Of a stretch of DNA of 64,000 bases, positions 29,925 through 39,004 are shown piece after piece. The stretch is from an uncultured Gemmatimonadaceae bacterium (GTDB lineage: Bacteria > Gemmatimonadota > Gemmatimonadetes > Gemmatimonadales > Gemmatimonadaceae): positions 2,848,001 through 2,912,000 of the forward strand of contig CAWJMB010000002.1 in NCBI GenBank assembly GCA_963843845.1, read 5' to 3'. A program made the position numbers and the translations under genes. The notes beneath the pieces are model-generated. The model saw only the letters and a list, made by a program, of their open reading frames with translations, was not told where the DNA came from and did not search any database. Within the stretch, counting starts at the first letter, position 1, and each line of letters opens with the position of its first letter.

Positions 29925-29970
29925 GCGCGGAAAGGTAACCTGCGTGGGGCGCGCTCATTAGCTTGCCGGC

Positions 29971-30873
29971 GTGCGCGCCGATCATCTTCGCATACCCGTC
30001 GGTCCGGGCTCCGTTCACGTCGAGCGTTACGGCTACGGCGGGACGCCGATCGTGCTGCTCCACGGCTTCGGCACGTCGAGCTTCCTCTGGCGTCACGTCG
30101 CGCCCGGCCTCGCGCTCGGCCGCCAGTCGGCGTTCGCCATCGATCTACTCGGGCACGGTGAGTCGGACCGGCCGGCAGAGGCAGACTACGGCATCGCGGC
30201 GCAGAGTGAGTACCTCGATCGGGCGCTGACGGCGCTGCGCGTCGCGCGAGCGGTCATCGTCGGCGTCGACGTGGGCGGGGGGGTCGCGCTGCGGCTCGCG
30301 ACGACGCGGCCGGATCGGGTGAGCGGGCTCGTGCTCGTGAACACCGTCGCATTCGACGAGCTGCCGGGGCGCGACGTCCGCATCCTGCAGCACAACACGG
30401 CACGGTTCGCGTTCCGCGTCGCGCGCGGGATGTTCGCGGCGGCGCCACTGCTGACGCCGATTCTCCGCGGCAGCGTCGCCGACCCGGCGCACATGCCGGA
30501 TCACCTCGTCGCTCGCTACCTCGCCCCGTTCGTCGGACGCGACGGCGTCGCGCACCTGCTCGATCTCGCCCGCTCGCTCCGGGTCGAGGAGATGGAGGAG
30601 CTCGACCTCGCGACGATCGGCGCGCCGTCGCTCGTCGTCTGGGGGGAGGCCGACTCGTTCACCGACGCCGACATTCCGTCGCGGCTGCTCCACGCGATTC
30701 CGAACCTGCGCCTCGTTCGCCTACCGCGCGTCGCCCGACTCGTGCCGGAGGAGGTGCCCGAGGAGCTGACACGCCTCATTCTCGATTTCGTGAGCCAGTT
30801 CGCGGCACTTCCCGACCCGCCGCGCACGCTCGCGACCGTGGGTCCGCCGACACCGGTGCCGCCGACGCGATGA
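29971..30873 (+). CDS. Alpha/beta-fold hydrolase with Asp nucleophile elbow
   Basis: LLHGFG, AIDLLGHGESD, GVDVGG, VVWGEAD. Confidence 0.88.
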   Translation: MRADHLRIPVGPGSVHVERYGYGGTPIVLLHGFGTSSFLWRHVAPGLALGRQSAFAIDLLGHGESDRPAEADYGIAAQSEYLDRALTALRVARAVIVGVDVGGGVALRLATTRPDRVSGLVLVNTVAFDELPGRDVRILQHNTARFAFRVARGMFAAAPLLTPILRGSVADPAHMPDHLVARYLAPFVGRDGVAHLLDLARSLRVEEMEELDLATIGAPSLVVWGEADSFTDADIPSRLLHAIPNLRLVRLPRVARLVPEEVPEELTRLILDFVSQFAALPDPPRTLATVGPPTPVPPTR

Positions 30874-30984
30874 CGGCCGCCAACTTGCACTCTCGGTGAC
30901 CGTCCGACACTAGGATGAGTCGGAGAACCGAGTTATCTTAGGACGTATAACATTCTTACGAGGCGTACCGTTATTAAGACCTAC

Positions 30985-31266
30985 ATGGCCAAGAAGACAC
31001 AAGGTAATCCGCAGCGTGGTCGTCAGAACTCCGTCGCGACCGCGACGCCGTTCGAGGAGGCGCGCGACGAGCTGTTTCAGCACGTGATGCAGTGCGGCGT
31101 CATCGGCTCGGAGCCGGACGACCAGCGCGAGTGGTTCGACGCCACGATCGCGTATCTGTCGGATCGGTATCCTGAGCTGTCGGCCGACCGGGTGCAGGAG
31201 CTGCGCACGCTCGGTGAGCGCTTCGCACAGCCGCTGAAGCGGCAGCCCGCGACGACCGCTGCCTGA
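30985..31266 (+). CDS. Hypothetical protein (93 aa)
   Basis: Coding-like (TPFEEARDELFQHVMQCGVIG...), own terminator, AT-richer upstream region. Confidence 0.78.
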   Translation: MAKKTQGNPQRGRQNSVATATPFEEARDELFQHVMQCGVIGSEPDDQREWFDATIAYLSDRYPELSADRVQELRTLGERFAQPLKRQPATTAA

Positions 31267-31272
31267 TCTGCG

Positions 31273-31298
31273 CGCCCCGCTCACCGCGGGGCGTTTTC
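31273..31298 (+). terminator. Intrinsic terminator
   Basis: CGCCCCGC-TCACC-GCGGGGCG followed by TTTTC, a few nt after the stop codon. Confidence 0.8.
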
Positions 31299-31356
31299 GT
31301 CGGCGCTGGGCTCGTCGGCGCGCTCGTCCAGGCGCCGCCGTCCAAGCGCCGCTGCG

Positions 31357-31913
31357 CTAGCGGCGTCCCGGGCGCAGCGACCGGAGGACGACGCCGAGCC
31401 GCGCGCCACCCCCGACGCCGGCTTCGATCGCCGGAACGACGCTGCCGCGGGGCGCGAGCTCGACGCCGACGAGTGCGACGAGCAGTGGCCGGAGGGCGTC
31501 GCCGGCGACGTGGCGCACCCCCACCCCGCCCCCGGCATACACGCCGCGCCGATCCTGGCGGTATGGGTCCAGGTGGAAGCGGGCGATCCCCTCGAGCCGC
31601 TGCACGCCGGCCGTTCCCCGCCGGGCCGTCGCTCCACGCCGGCGCCGGCGATGACCGCGAACCGCACGTACGGCGCGGCATCGAACGCGAGGCCGACCCC
31701 GCCCTGCGCGCCGGCGCGCTCCCCAGCGAATGCGTCGACCCGCGCCTCGACGACCGGGCCACGGCTCCGCGTGGCGGTTGCGGTCCTCGGCGCGGGCGGG
31801 GAAAGCTGACCGGCGGCGCACGCCGGGCCGACGACCAGCGCGGACACCGTGACACGGCCGATCGCGCGCAGCCGGACACCCGCTCGCCGTCGGTCTCGGC
31901 TCACGACCGTCAC
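31357..31913 (-). CDS. Putative small outer-membrane beta-barrel protein, frameshifted near 31616-31619
   Basis: Signal-like N-terminus, alternating strands EARVDAF, VGLAFD, IARFHLDP, VYAGGGVGV, AIEAGVGGGARLGVVLR split across two frames. Confidence 0.6.
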
Positions 31914-32449
31914 GGCCTGAGCGTCCGGTCACGCGCGCGCCAGAGCGCGAACGTGTAGTCGACCGTCGCCGCCACGGACGTGATGCCGACCGCGGCGACG
32001 AGCGGCGAGACCGCCGCCGGTCGCAGAATCGCCGCCATCAGCCCCGCGAGCTGCAACACCGTCACCCCCTTGCCGAGCGGCCGTGCGCTGAAGGTGACGG
32101 GGCGAAGCCAGCGCACCAGCCGCGCGACCAGGAAGCCGATCGCCGTCATGATGTCGCGGATCAGCAGCACGAGGCACTGCGTCGGCGTGAGCCGCCCGCT
32201 CGCGACGAGCGCGACGGCCGCGGAGAGGACGAACGCACGGTCGGCGAGCGGATCGATGAGGGCACCCCATCGCGTCACGGCGTTGCGCCGCCGCGCGAGC
32301 CACCCGTCGAGCACGTCGGTGAGCGACGCGACGGCGACGAGTGCGACGTGGGTCGTCGTCTCGCTCGTGGTCACGAACGCCGCGGCGAGGCCGATCCGCG
32401 ACAGACTCACCACGTTCGGCAACGTCCACAGCGACCCATCGAACGACAT
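31910..32449 (-). CDS. CDP-alcohol phosphatidyltransferase (PgsA-like)
   Basis: TLPNVVSLSR, TDVLDGWLARRRNAVTRWGALIDPLADR. Confidence 0.92.
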   Translation of the reverse strand: MSFDGSLWTLPNVVSLSRIGLAAAFVTTSETTTHVALVAVASLTDVLDGWLARRRNAVTRWGALIDPLADRAFVLSAAVALVASGRLTPTQCLVLLIRDIMTAIGFLVARLVRWLRPVTFSARPLGKGVTVLQLAGLMAAILRPAAVSPLVAAVGITSVAATVDYTFALWRARDRTLRP

Positions 32450-32503
32450 GGGGTCAAGGTAGCCGGTTGCGCCGCCGATACGCACCGGCGAGTGTTGGCG
32501 ATC

Positions 32504-34057
32504 GTGCCGACCCTCAGTACGCCGACGCTGTTCTTCGTTGTCGCGACCTTGCTCGCGGTGCTCTGGGACGTCGTCTATGGCGGACGGATCGCACAGCTCC
32601 GCCGCGCGCCCAAACCGCTCGCGACACTCAGCGCGCTGTGCGGCTTCCTCGTCGCGCCCGCGCTCATCGCGGGCTTCGCCGGCGCCTCGGTGCTGGGCGG
32701 CCACGCCGTCGCGGCCGTGGCGTGGCTGTGGCCGGTGACGACAGGGCTGTTCGTCGCCCAGGCCGCGTACGCGACGCTGCGACGCTACGTCACCCCGCTC
32801 ATCGGCGTGCCGGTCCTCGCCTACGACACGCTGCTCTTCGCGATCGCCGTGGCGCAGTGGCTGCTGCGGTGGAACGGACGCGCCCCGACGGTGCTGCTCG
32901 CCCTCACGGCCGCCCAGGCGTCGTTGCTCGGCACGCTGCTCGGCCGCGCGGCGCTCGCGGCGCCGTTCCTCGTCCAGGTTCCGCTCCTCGTGCCGGCATA
33001 CCCCGCGCGGTGGCGGGCGACGAAGGTCGTGCGCGCGCTGCTCGCCGTCGGCACGACGACGCTCGCGGGCGTGCTGCTGCTCGAGTTGCCGCGCGGCTAC
33101 GGCGCGGTGCGCAGCTACCAGCCGTACGCGACCGAACGACTCAGCGAGCGTCCCGCTGGCGACTTCGCACTCGGCATCAAGCTGCTGCCGACGCTGACCG
33201 GACTACCGTCGGCGACGATGGTGCGCACGGCGCTACCGCTCGCCGACACGCTCGACCTCGACGTGGTGAGCCTGACGCTGCACCCGGCTGCGCTCACGCT
33301 CACCTCGCTCGACTCGCTCGCACGGCTGATCGACCCCATCCGACGGCGCGACAGCACGGCGCTGATCGTCGCGATCGGCTTCGACGACGACGACCGGGCG
33401 GCACTCCGCGAGGGAACCGATCGCTTCCTGACGCGCCGACTCGGCTTCGTCGAGCGCGTCGCGCGGGCACTGCGGCCGGACGTGCTGCTGCCCGCGACCG
33501 CGCCCTACGGCGACGACCGCCGAGTGCTCGGCGAGCAGCCGGTCGAGCTGTGGCGGCGCTACCTGACCGACGCCGCCGCGCGCGCGAACCGTGTCAACGC
33601 GAACATCCGCGTCGGTGTCGCGTCCGCGCGGTACGACGCGGCCGACAGTGCGTTGTACGCGTGGGCCGCGTCCCGCAGCTCGCCGCTCGAGGCCGTCGGT
33701 TTCGTCGTCGCGCCGTCGTTCAATGGCGGCACCGGGGTCGACGCGCGGCTCCGGACGGCCGACCGGTGGATGCGCCTCGCCGCGGCCGCCCCGGACGCCC
33801 CGCGGCGCCCGAAAGCGCACTGGGTGTTCGACGTGCGCGGGTATCCGATGACGCACGGCGACGCGAGCCAGGAGCGCACGGTGTGGCACACGCTGTCGTG
33901 GGCGACCGCGCGCGCCGCCGTGCGCGGGGTCATTGTCGCGGAGCCGGAGGACTACCTGTCGACGAGCGGGCTACGCACGGCGTCGGGGCGGTTCAGACCG
34001 GTCGTGTCCGCGTTGGGCAGGGCGGCCCGAGGACTCGACGAGACGGCGTCGCGCTGA
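32504..34057 (+). CDS. Membrane protein: N-terminal multi-TM region plus probable (beta/alpha)8 domain
   Basis: About five hydrophobic helices in the first ~195 aa, then alternating beta/alpha segments (LRPDVLLP, NIRVGVA, EAVGF, HWVFD, RGVIV). Confidence 0.7.
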   Translation: MPTLSTPTLFFVVATLLAVLWDVVYGGRIAQLRRAPKPLATLSALCGFLVAPALIAGFAGASVLGGHAVAAVAWLWPVTTGLFVAQAAYATLRRYVTPLIGVPVLAYDTLLFAIAVAQWLLRWNGRAPTVLLALTAAQASLLGTLLGRAALAAPFLVQVPLLVPAYPARWRATKVVRALLAVGTTTLAGVLLLELPRGYGAVRSYQPYATERLSERPAGDFALGIKLLPTLTGLPSATMVRTALPLADTLDLDVVSLTLHPAALTLTSLDSLARLIDPIRRRDSTALIVAIGFDDDDRAALREGTDRFLTRRLGFVERVARALRPDVLLPATAPYGDDRRVLGEQPVELWRRYLTDAAARANRVNANIRVGVASARYDAADSALYAWAASRSSPLEAVGFVVAPSFNGGTGVDARLRTADRWMRLAAAAPDAPRRPKAHWVFDVRGYPMTHGDASQERTVWHTLSWATARAAVRGVIVAEPEDYLSTSGLRTASGRFRPVVSALGRAARGLDETASR

Positions 34058-34071
34058 CGCGGGACGATGCG

Positions 34072-34407
34072 TCAGCGCCGCTGCTCGAGCGTCTCCGCGG
34101 CGCGGGTCACGCGGTCCGCGTAGTCCGGGAGCCGCTCGTCGCCGCGCCGCGCCGGGAGGACCATCGACTCGTCATCGTGCTCGTCGGAGTCCAGAGCGTT
34201 CGTCATGCTGTCGCCGCCGAGGGCCGCGACGGCCTGCTCGAACCGCTCGACGGCGGAGAGCAGCGTCGCGAGATCGTCGCTCGACTCGTTCTCGTCGGCG
34301 TCGATGCCGCGCTGGCGAAGTTGACTCGCGGCCACGGTGGCAGCGCGCTCGCGGTCCTCGAGGCGGTGCGGGTTCAGCTCGTCGTCACGATCGGGGCGGG
34401 CGGTCAT
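34072..34407 (-). CDS. Hypothetical acidic protein (111 aa)
   Basis: GAGG RBS, LSAVERFEQAVAALGGD...LPARRGDE, coding-like composition. Confidence 0.75.
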   Translation of the reverse strand: MTARPDRDDELNPHRLEDRERAATVAASQLRQRGIDADENESSDDLATLLSAVERFEQAVAALGGDSMTNALDSDEHDDESMVLPARRGDERLPDYADRVTRAAETLEQRR

Positions 34408-34461
34408 CGCGATCCTCGCTCGGGAAAAGGGTTCGTTCGCGACCGCTCGCCAGTGCGAGAC

Positions 34462-37107
34462 TCACGCCACACCCCGCACGATGCCGTCGACGCGGCGCGA
34501 CGCATCGACGTAGCGCGCGACGAGCGCCTGCACGCGTTCCGGCGTCACGGCGCGCACCCGCGCGTCGTGTGCCGCCAGCTCGTGCAGCCCGCCGCCCAAC
34601 TGCCACGCGTCGACGATCTCGCCGAGCACCGCGCCGCCGCTCTGCTGGTGGATGGCGTGTGTCCCGATCTCGTACGTCTGCGCCCGCTCGAGCTCGTCCG
34701 CCGTCACCGGCTGCTCGCGCAGGAGCGCGAACTGCTCGAGCAGTCCGTCGCGCGCTTCGATCTCGCGTTCCGGCGACGTCGCGATGTACGCGCCGAGCGT
34801 CCCGCCGCGCGCGCGCGCGCTCGCGAAGACGTGCACGGTGTAGGCGAGCGACCGCCGGTCGCGCAGCTCGTCGAAGAAGCGCCCGCCGAGCCCGCTCGCG
34901 ATCCCGGCGAGGAGCTGCGCCGCGAAGCGGTCGTCGTCGCCGCGCGCGGGGCCGTCGAACAACATGGCGAGCGCGCTCTGCCGCTTGTCGCGCGACTCGA
35001 CCGTCTCGCGAACGGCACGTGGCCACGCCGGCGCCCCGATCGTCGGCTGCTCCTCGTGGCGTAGCTCGCCGAACGCGCTCGCGAGGAGTCCGGCGGTCTC
35101 GTCGGGATCAACGTCGCCGACGATCGCGACGACGCTGGCCCCGGTGAGCACGTGCGCGCGGTGCCACGCGCGCGCGCGCGACGCGTCGATCGCCTGCAGC
35201 GATTCGCTCGTCCCGACCGTCGCGCGGCCGTACGGGTGTCCGGCGTATGCGGTCGCGAGCGCGAGGCGGATGGGATAGCGATACATGTCGTCGCGCACCT
35301 GCGCCAACTCGGCGAGCGCGACCCCGCGCTCGGTCTCGAACGCCTCGTCGGAGAACACGGGATGTTGCACGACGTCCGCGAGCAGCGCCGCTGCGGCGCC
35401 GAGCCGACGGCGCGGCACCGAGATCCCCCAGCCGAAGCTCTCGCTCCCGACGCTCGCCCCGACGCTGCCGCCCAGCAACTCCGCTGCGTCCGCGAGCTGC
35501 GCCGCCGAGCGCGTCGTCGTGCCCTTGATCGCCGTGCGCGCCATGAGCGACGTCAGCCCGCTCTCCGCGTCCCCCTCCTGCACCGCGCCGCCGGCGACGT
35601 ACGCGCCGAGGTGCACGATCGCGGCACCAGGCTTCGGCGCGACGAGGATCGGGACACCGGCGTCGGTGCGATAGACGTGCACGCCGTTCTCGACCCGCTC
35701 GGCGCGGAGCACGGCGCGCGCGACGGTCGGCGACTCGGCGATCCGCGGTGCGGGGACGAGCGTCGAGGGTGAGGCGCCGTCGAGCAGCGCGTGAAGCGCG
35801 ACGGCGTCGACGGCGAGCGACGGCGAGCCGGCCGGTCGATAGTAGATCACGCTCACCTGATCGGCGGCGAGGTGACGGCGCACGGCAGCCGTCACGTCGT
35901 CGGGCGTGGCGCCGAGCAGCGCGGCGAGGTAATCGTCGCCCCGTGTCCATCCGCCTAACGCTTCCCACTCGCAGAGGTAGCTCGCCTGCCCTTCCATCGT
36001 CTCGAGCCGCCGCGTCCAACGCGACTCGAGCACGCGCTGCACCCGCTCGAGCTCCGCCGCGTTCACACCGCCGTCGCGCAGCGCCGCGACCTCCGCCCAG
36101 ATCGCGCGCGCGGCGTCGGCAGCCTGCGCCGGCGCCATCTCGGCGTGGATCGTGAACACGCCGAGCTCGGTGGGCGTCGAGTCGAACGCGCCGATCGACG
36201 ACGCGAGCTTCCGTTCGCGCACGGCGCGGTAGAGGCGTGAGCCGCGGCCGGTGCCCAGCACCGCGGCCGCGAGCTCGAGCAGCGGCGTGTCCGCGTCGAG
36301 CGTTCCCGGCGTGCGCCAACCGAACGCCAGTTGCGACTGCTGCACGTCGCCCGCCAGCTCGCGATACCGGAACCCGGGCGCGCTCGCCTCGCGATCGCCC
36401 GGCGACCGCTCGACCGGAGCGTTCGGCAGCGCGCCGTAGAGCGCCCGCGCTCGTGCGGTCGCGTCGTCGAGATCGACGTCGCCGACGATCGCGAGGATGG
36501 TGTTGGCCGGCTGGTAGAAGTTGCGGTAGAAGCGCAGCACGTCGTCGCGCCGGAAGCCGCGCAGTTGCGCCTCGACGCCGATGCGCCAGCGGCGAATGCG
36601 GTGGCGGTCGTGGAGGAGCGCGTAGAGCGACTCGATCGTGACCGCGTTCGGGTTGTCGAGCTTGCGCTTCGCCTCCTGGATGATCACCTCGAGCTCGCGC
36701 GCCAGCTCCGCGCCGTCGAGAATCGAGCTGGCGTACGCGTCCGCCTGGATGTCGAGCCCCGCGGCGAAGCCGCTCGACGGCAGCACGGCGTAGTAGCTCG
36801 TGTGGTCGTAGATCGTGTGCGCGTTGAGGTAGCCACCTCGCGCCTTCGTCTGCTTGGCGATCTCGCCGACGCCGCGCCGCTCGGTCCCCTTGAAGAACAT
36901 GTGCTCGAGCACGTGCGCGATGCCGACGACGTCGTCGGTCTCGTCGAAGTACCCGGCCTTCACGTACGTGTTGATCGCCACGACCGGCGCGGACGTGTCG
37001 CGGCGCACGAGGACGGTCAATCCGTTAGGCAGTCGCTCGCGGCGAACGTCCGGGACGTCGAGCGGCGGGGCGGCGAGCGCGGACGTGTCGAGAGTCGATG
37101 TCGGCAT
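34462..37107 (-). CDS. M16 (pitrilysin/PqqL-like) zinc protease, two-lobe single chain
   Basis: LPNGLTV, GIAHVLEHMFFKGT (HxxEH), NAHT, SRLYRAVRE, GRFFDELRDRRSLAY. Confidence 0.94.
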   Translation of the reverse strand: MPTSTLDTSALAAPPLDVPDVRRERLPNGLTVLVRRDTSAPVVAINTYVKAGYFDETDDVVGIAHVLEHMFFKGTERRGVGEIAKQTKARGGYLNAHTIYDHTSYYAVLPSSGFAAGLDIQADAYASSILDGAELARELEVIIQEAKRKLDNPNAVTIESLYALLHDRHRIRRWRIGVEAQLRGFRRDDVLRFYRNFYQPANTILAIVGDVDLDDATARARALYGALPNAPVERSPGDREASAPGFRYRELAGDVQQSQLAFGWRTPGTLDADTPLLELAAAVLGTGRGSRLYRAVRERKLASSIGAFDSTPTELGVFTIHAEMAPAQAADAARAIWAEVAALRDGGVNAAELERVQRVLESRWTRRLETMEGQASYLCEWEALGGWTRGDDYLAALLGATPDDVTAAVRRHLAADQVSVIYYRPAGSPSLAVDAVALHALLDGASPSTLVPAPRIAESPTVARAVLRAERVENGVHVYRTDAGVPILVAPKPGAAIVHLGAYVAGGAVQEGDAESGLTSLMARTAIKGTTTRSAAQLADAAELLGGSVGASVGSESFGWGISVPRRRLGAAAALLADVVQHPVFSDEAFETERGVALAELAQVRDDMYRYPIRLALATAYAGHPYGRATVGTSESLQAIDASRARAWHRAHVLTGASVVAIVGDVDPDETAGLLASAFGELRHEEQPTIGAPAWPRAVRETVESRDKRQSALAMLFDGPARGDDDRFAAQLLAGIASGLGGRFFDELRDRRSLAYTVHVFASARARGGTLGAYIATSPEREIEARDGLLEQFALLREQPVTADELERAQTYEIGTHAIHQQSGGAVLGEIVDAWQLGGGLHELAAHDARVRAVTPERVQALVARYVDASRRVDGIVRGVA

Positions 37108-37130
37108 CCACGCAGTCTAATCGTCCGCGC

Positions 37131-37997
37131 TCAGCGGATGATCGAGCGCTTCCGCAGCACCGCGAGGCCGGCAGCGAGGTACACGGCGCCGTAGGCCATG
37201 ATCGACCCGGCGCCCTGGATCATGTTGCGGACCGTATGCTCGGGGTGATCCGGGAAGAAGGTGGCGAGCGTCTGCATCGGCGGGAGCATCCACGCGAACA
37301 GCGACGCCCACCAGTAGCCGTCGTTCGACGCCGCGCGCAACAGGATCGAGAGCGGAATGCACAGCAGTGCGATGACGATCTCGTAGCGAACGAGCGTCGA
37401 GAGCAGGAACGCGAGCCCGCCGACCGTCACGTACACGACGGCGATGACGGCGAGCGGTACGAGCAGGGGCACGGCGTACGGAAACACGAGCCCCGTCACG
37501 AGCAGCGTGAGCGCGGCGACCGCGAGCAGCCCGACCCCGTGGATCACGAACGACTGGACGTAGAACCGGGTGAGCCCGACCGGCTTCGCGAACAGGAACC
37601 GCTGGTAGCCGCCCTCGCGGTCGCGCGAGACGATCCCTGCCGTCGCGAACAGCGTGCCTAACGCGCCGAGGACCAGGGCAGCCATCGGCGTGAGGAGCGT
37701 GAACGGGTTGAGCGCGTCCCGGATCTCCGAATTGTCCGCGACGATCTCCGCGAAGTTGTGGTGGAAGATCCAGATCGCGAGCATCGCCACGGCGAGCATG
37801 ACGCTGCCGCGGTACTTCGCGAAGTCGCGTGCCTGGTACAGTGCGTAGCGCAGCACGCCGCCATCGCGCGCCGTCTCGAGCGGCGGGGCGACGTCGGGCT
37901 CGTTCACCGCGAGCGCCATCCGCTCGAGCTCCGCCTCGAAGGCGTCGTCGAGGGGCGGCGCGGTCCGCGTCGTCGTCTGCACCTCCGGCATCGTCAT
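37131..37997 (-). CDS. ABC-2 type transporter permease
   Basis: Six TM segments, GIVSRDREGGYQRFLFAKPV; ATGA overlap with the ATPase gene. Confidence 0.82.
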   Translation of the reverse strand: MTMPEVQTTTRTAPPLDDAFEAELERMALAVNEPDVAPPLETARDGGVLRYALYQARDFAKYRGSVMLAVAMLAIWIFHHNFAEIVADNSEIRDALNPFTLLTPMAALVLGALGTLFATAGIVSRDREGGYQRFLFAKPVGLTRFYVQSFVIHGVGLLAVAALTLLVTGLVFPYAVPLLVPLAVIAVVYVTVGGLAFLLSTLVRYEIVIALLCIPLSILLRAASNDGYWWASLFAWMLPPMQTLATFFPDHPEHTVRNMIQGAGSIMAYGAVYLAAGLAVLRKRSIIR

Positions 37998-38917
37998 ACG
38001 AGCGCCTCCGCGACCGCGTCGTGAAATTCCATCTCGAGCGCACTCTGCGCCGGCGCGACGCCCGCCACGAGCGCGCCGCGGCCGATGAGCGTCGCGAGGC
38101 CGGCGTTGAGGTCGTCGAGCGTCGCGGCGTACACGCCCCAGTCGCCGCGCCCCAGCTCCGTCACCTGCGTGAACACCTCGCTCAGATGCTCGGCGCCGCG
38201 CGCCATCGTGAGGCGCCAGAGCGACTCCGCGGTCTGCGGCAGCGCGCGCGAGACCTCGACGACTTTCTGCATCCGCCCGCGGTCGAAGATCGCCACGCGG
38301 TCGCACAGCCGCTCCAGCTCCTCGAGATTGTGCGAGGCGATGAGGATGGCGCGCCCGGGGCGCCGCAACTCGGCGACGATGCCGCGGAAGCGCATGAGCC
38401 AGAGCGGGTCGAGTCCGTGCGTCGGCTCGTCGAGGATGAGCACGCGCTCCTCGCGCAGCAGCGCCTGCGCCAGACCGAGGCGCTGCTTGTTCCCCTTCGA
38501 CACGTGCTTGAACTTCCGGTCCGCGAGGTCGCTGAGACCGAGCCGCTCCATGAGCTGCTGACTGCGCAGCGCGATCTGCTCGTCGGGCACGCCGCCGAGG
38601 GTCGCGAAGCGGGCGAGCGCGTCGCGCACCGTCCAGCGCGGGTCGATCTCGATCAGCTCCGACAGATACCCGATGCCGTTGCGCTCGATGTACCGTCGCG
38701 GCTCCTGCCCGTCGATCGCCACGACGCCCGACGTCGGCCGCACGTAGCCCAGGAGGATCGAGATGAGCGAGCTCTTGCCGGCCCCGTTCGGACCGGCGAT
38801 CCCCATCACCTCGCCCGGGCGGATCTCGAGCCACACGTCGTCGAGCGCGACGACGGGGCGTTGGAGGAACGGAGCGTAGCGTTTACCGACGCCACGAAAC
38901 TCGACGAGTGGTTGCAC
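37994..38917 (-). CDS. ABC transporter ATP-binding protein
   Basis: GPNGAGKS, SKGNKQRLGLAQAL, ILDEPTHGLDP, ASHNL. Confidence 0.93.
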   Translation of the reverse strand: MQPLVEFRGVGKRYAPFLQRPVVALDDVWLEIRPGEVMGIAGPNGAGKSSLISILLGYVRPTSGVVAIDGQEPRRYIERNGIGYLSELIEIDPRWTVRDALARFATLGGVPDEQIALRSQQLMERLGLSDLADRKFKHVSKGNKQRLGLAQALLREERVLILDEPTHGLDPLWLMRFRGIVAELRRPGRAILIASHNLEELERLCDRVAIFDRGRMQKVVEVSRALPQTAESLWRLTMARGAEHLSEVFTQVTELGRGDWGVYAATLDDLNAGLATLIGRGALVAGVAPAQSALEMEFHDAVAEALV

Positions 38918-39004
38918 GACCGACCAGACCGGGGAAGCGAACGCTGACCTGACGTTAACGCTCCTTCCCCTACGGTCGTCACCGCGGCCGGATTCAGCGC
39001 GCCG

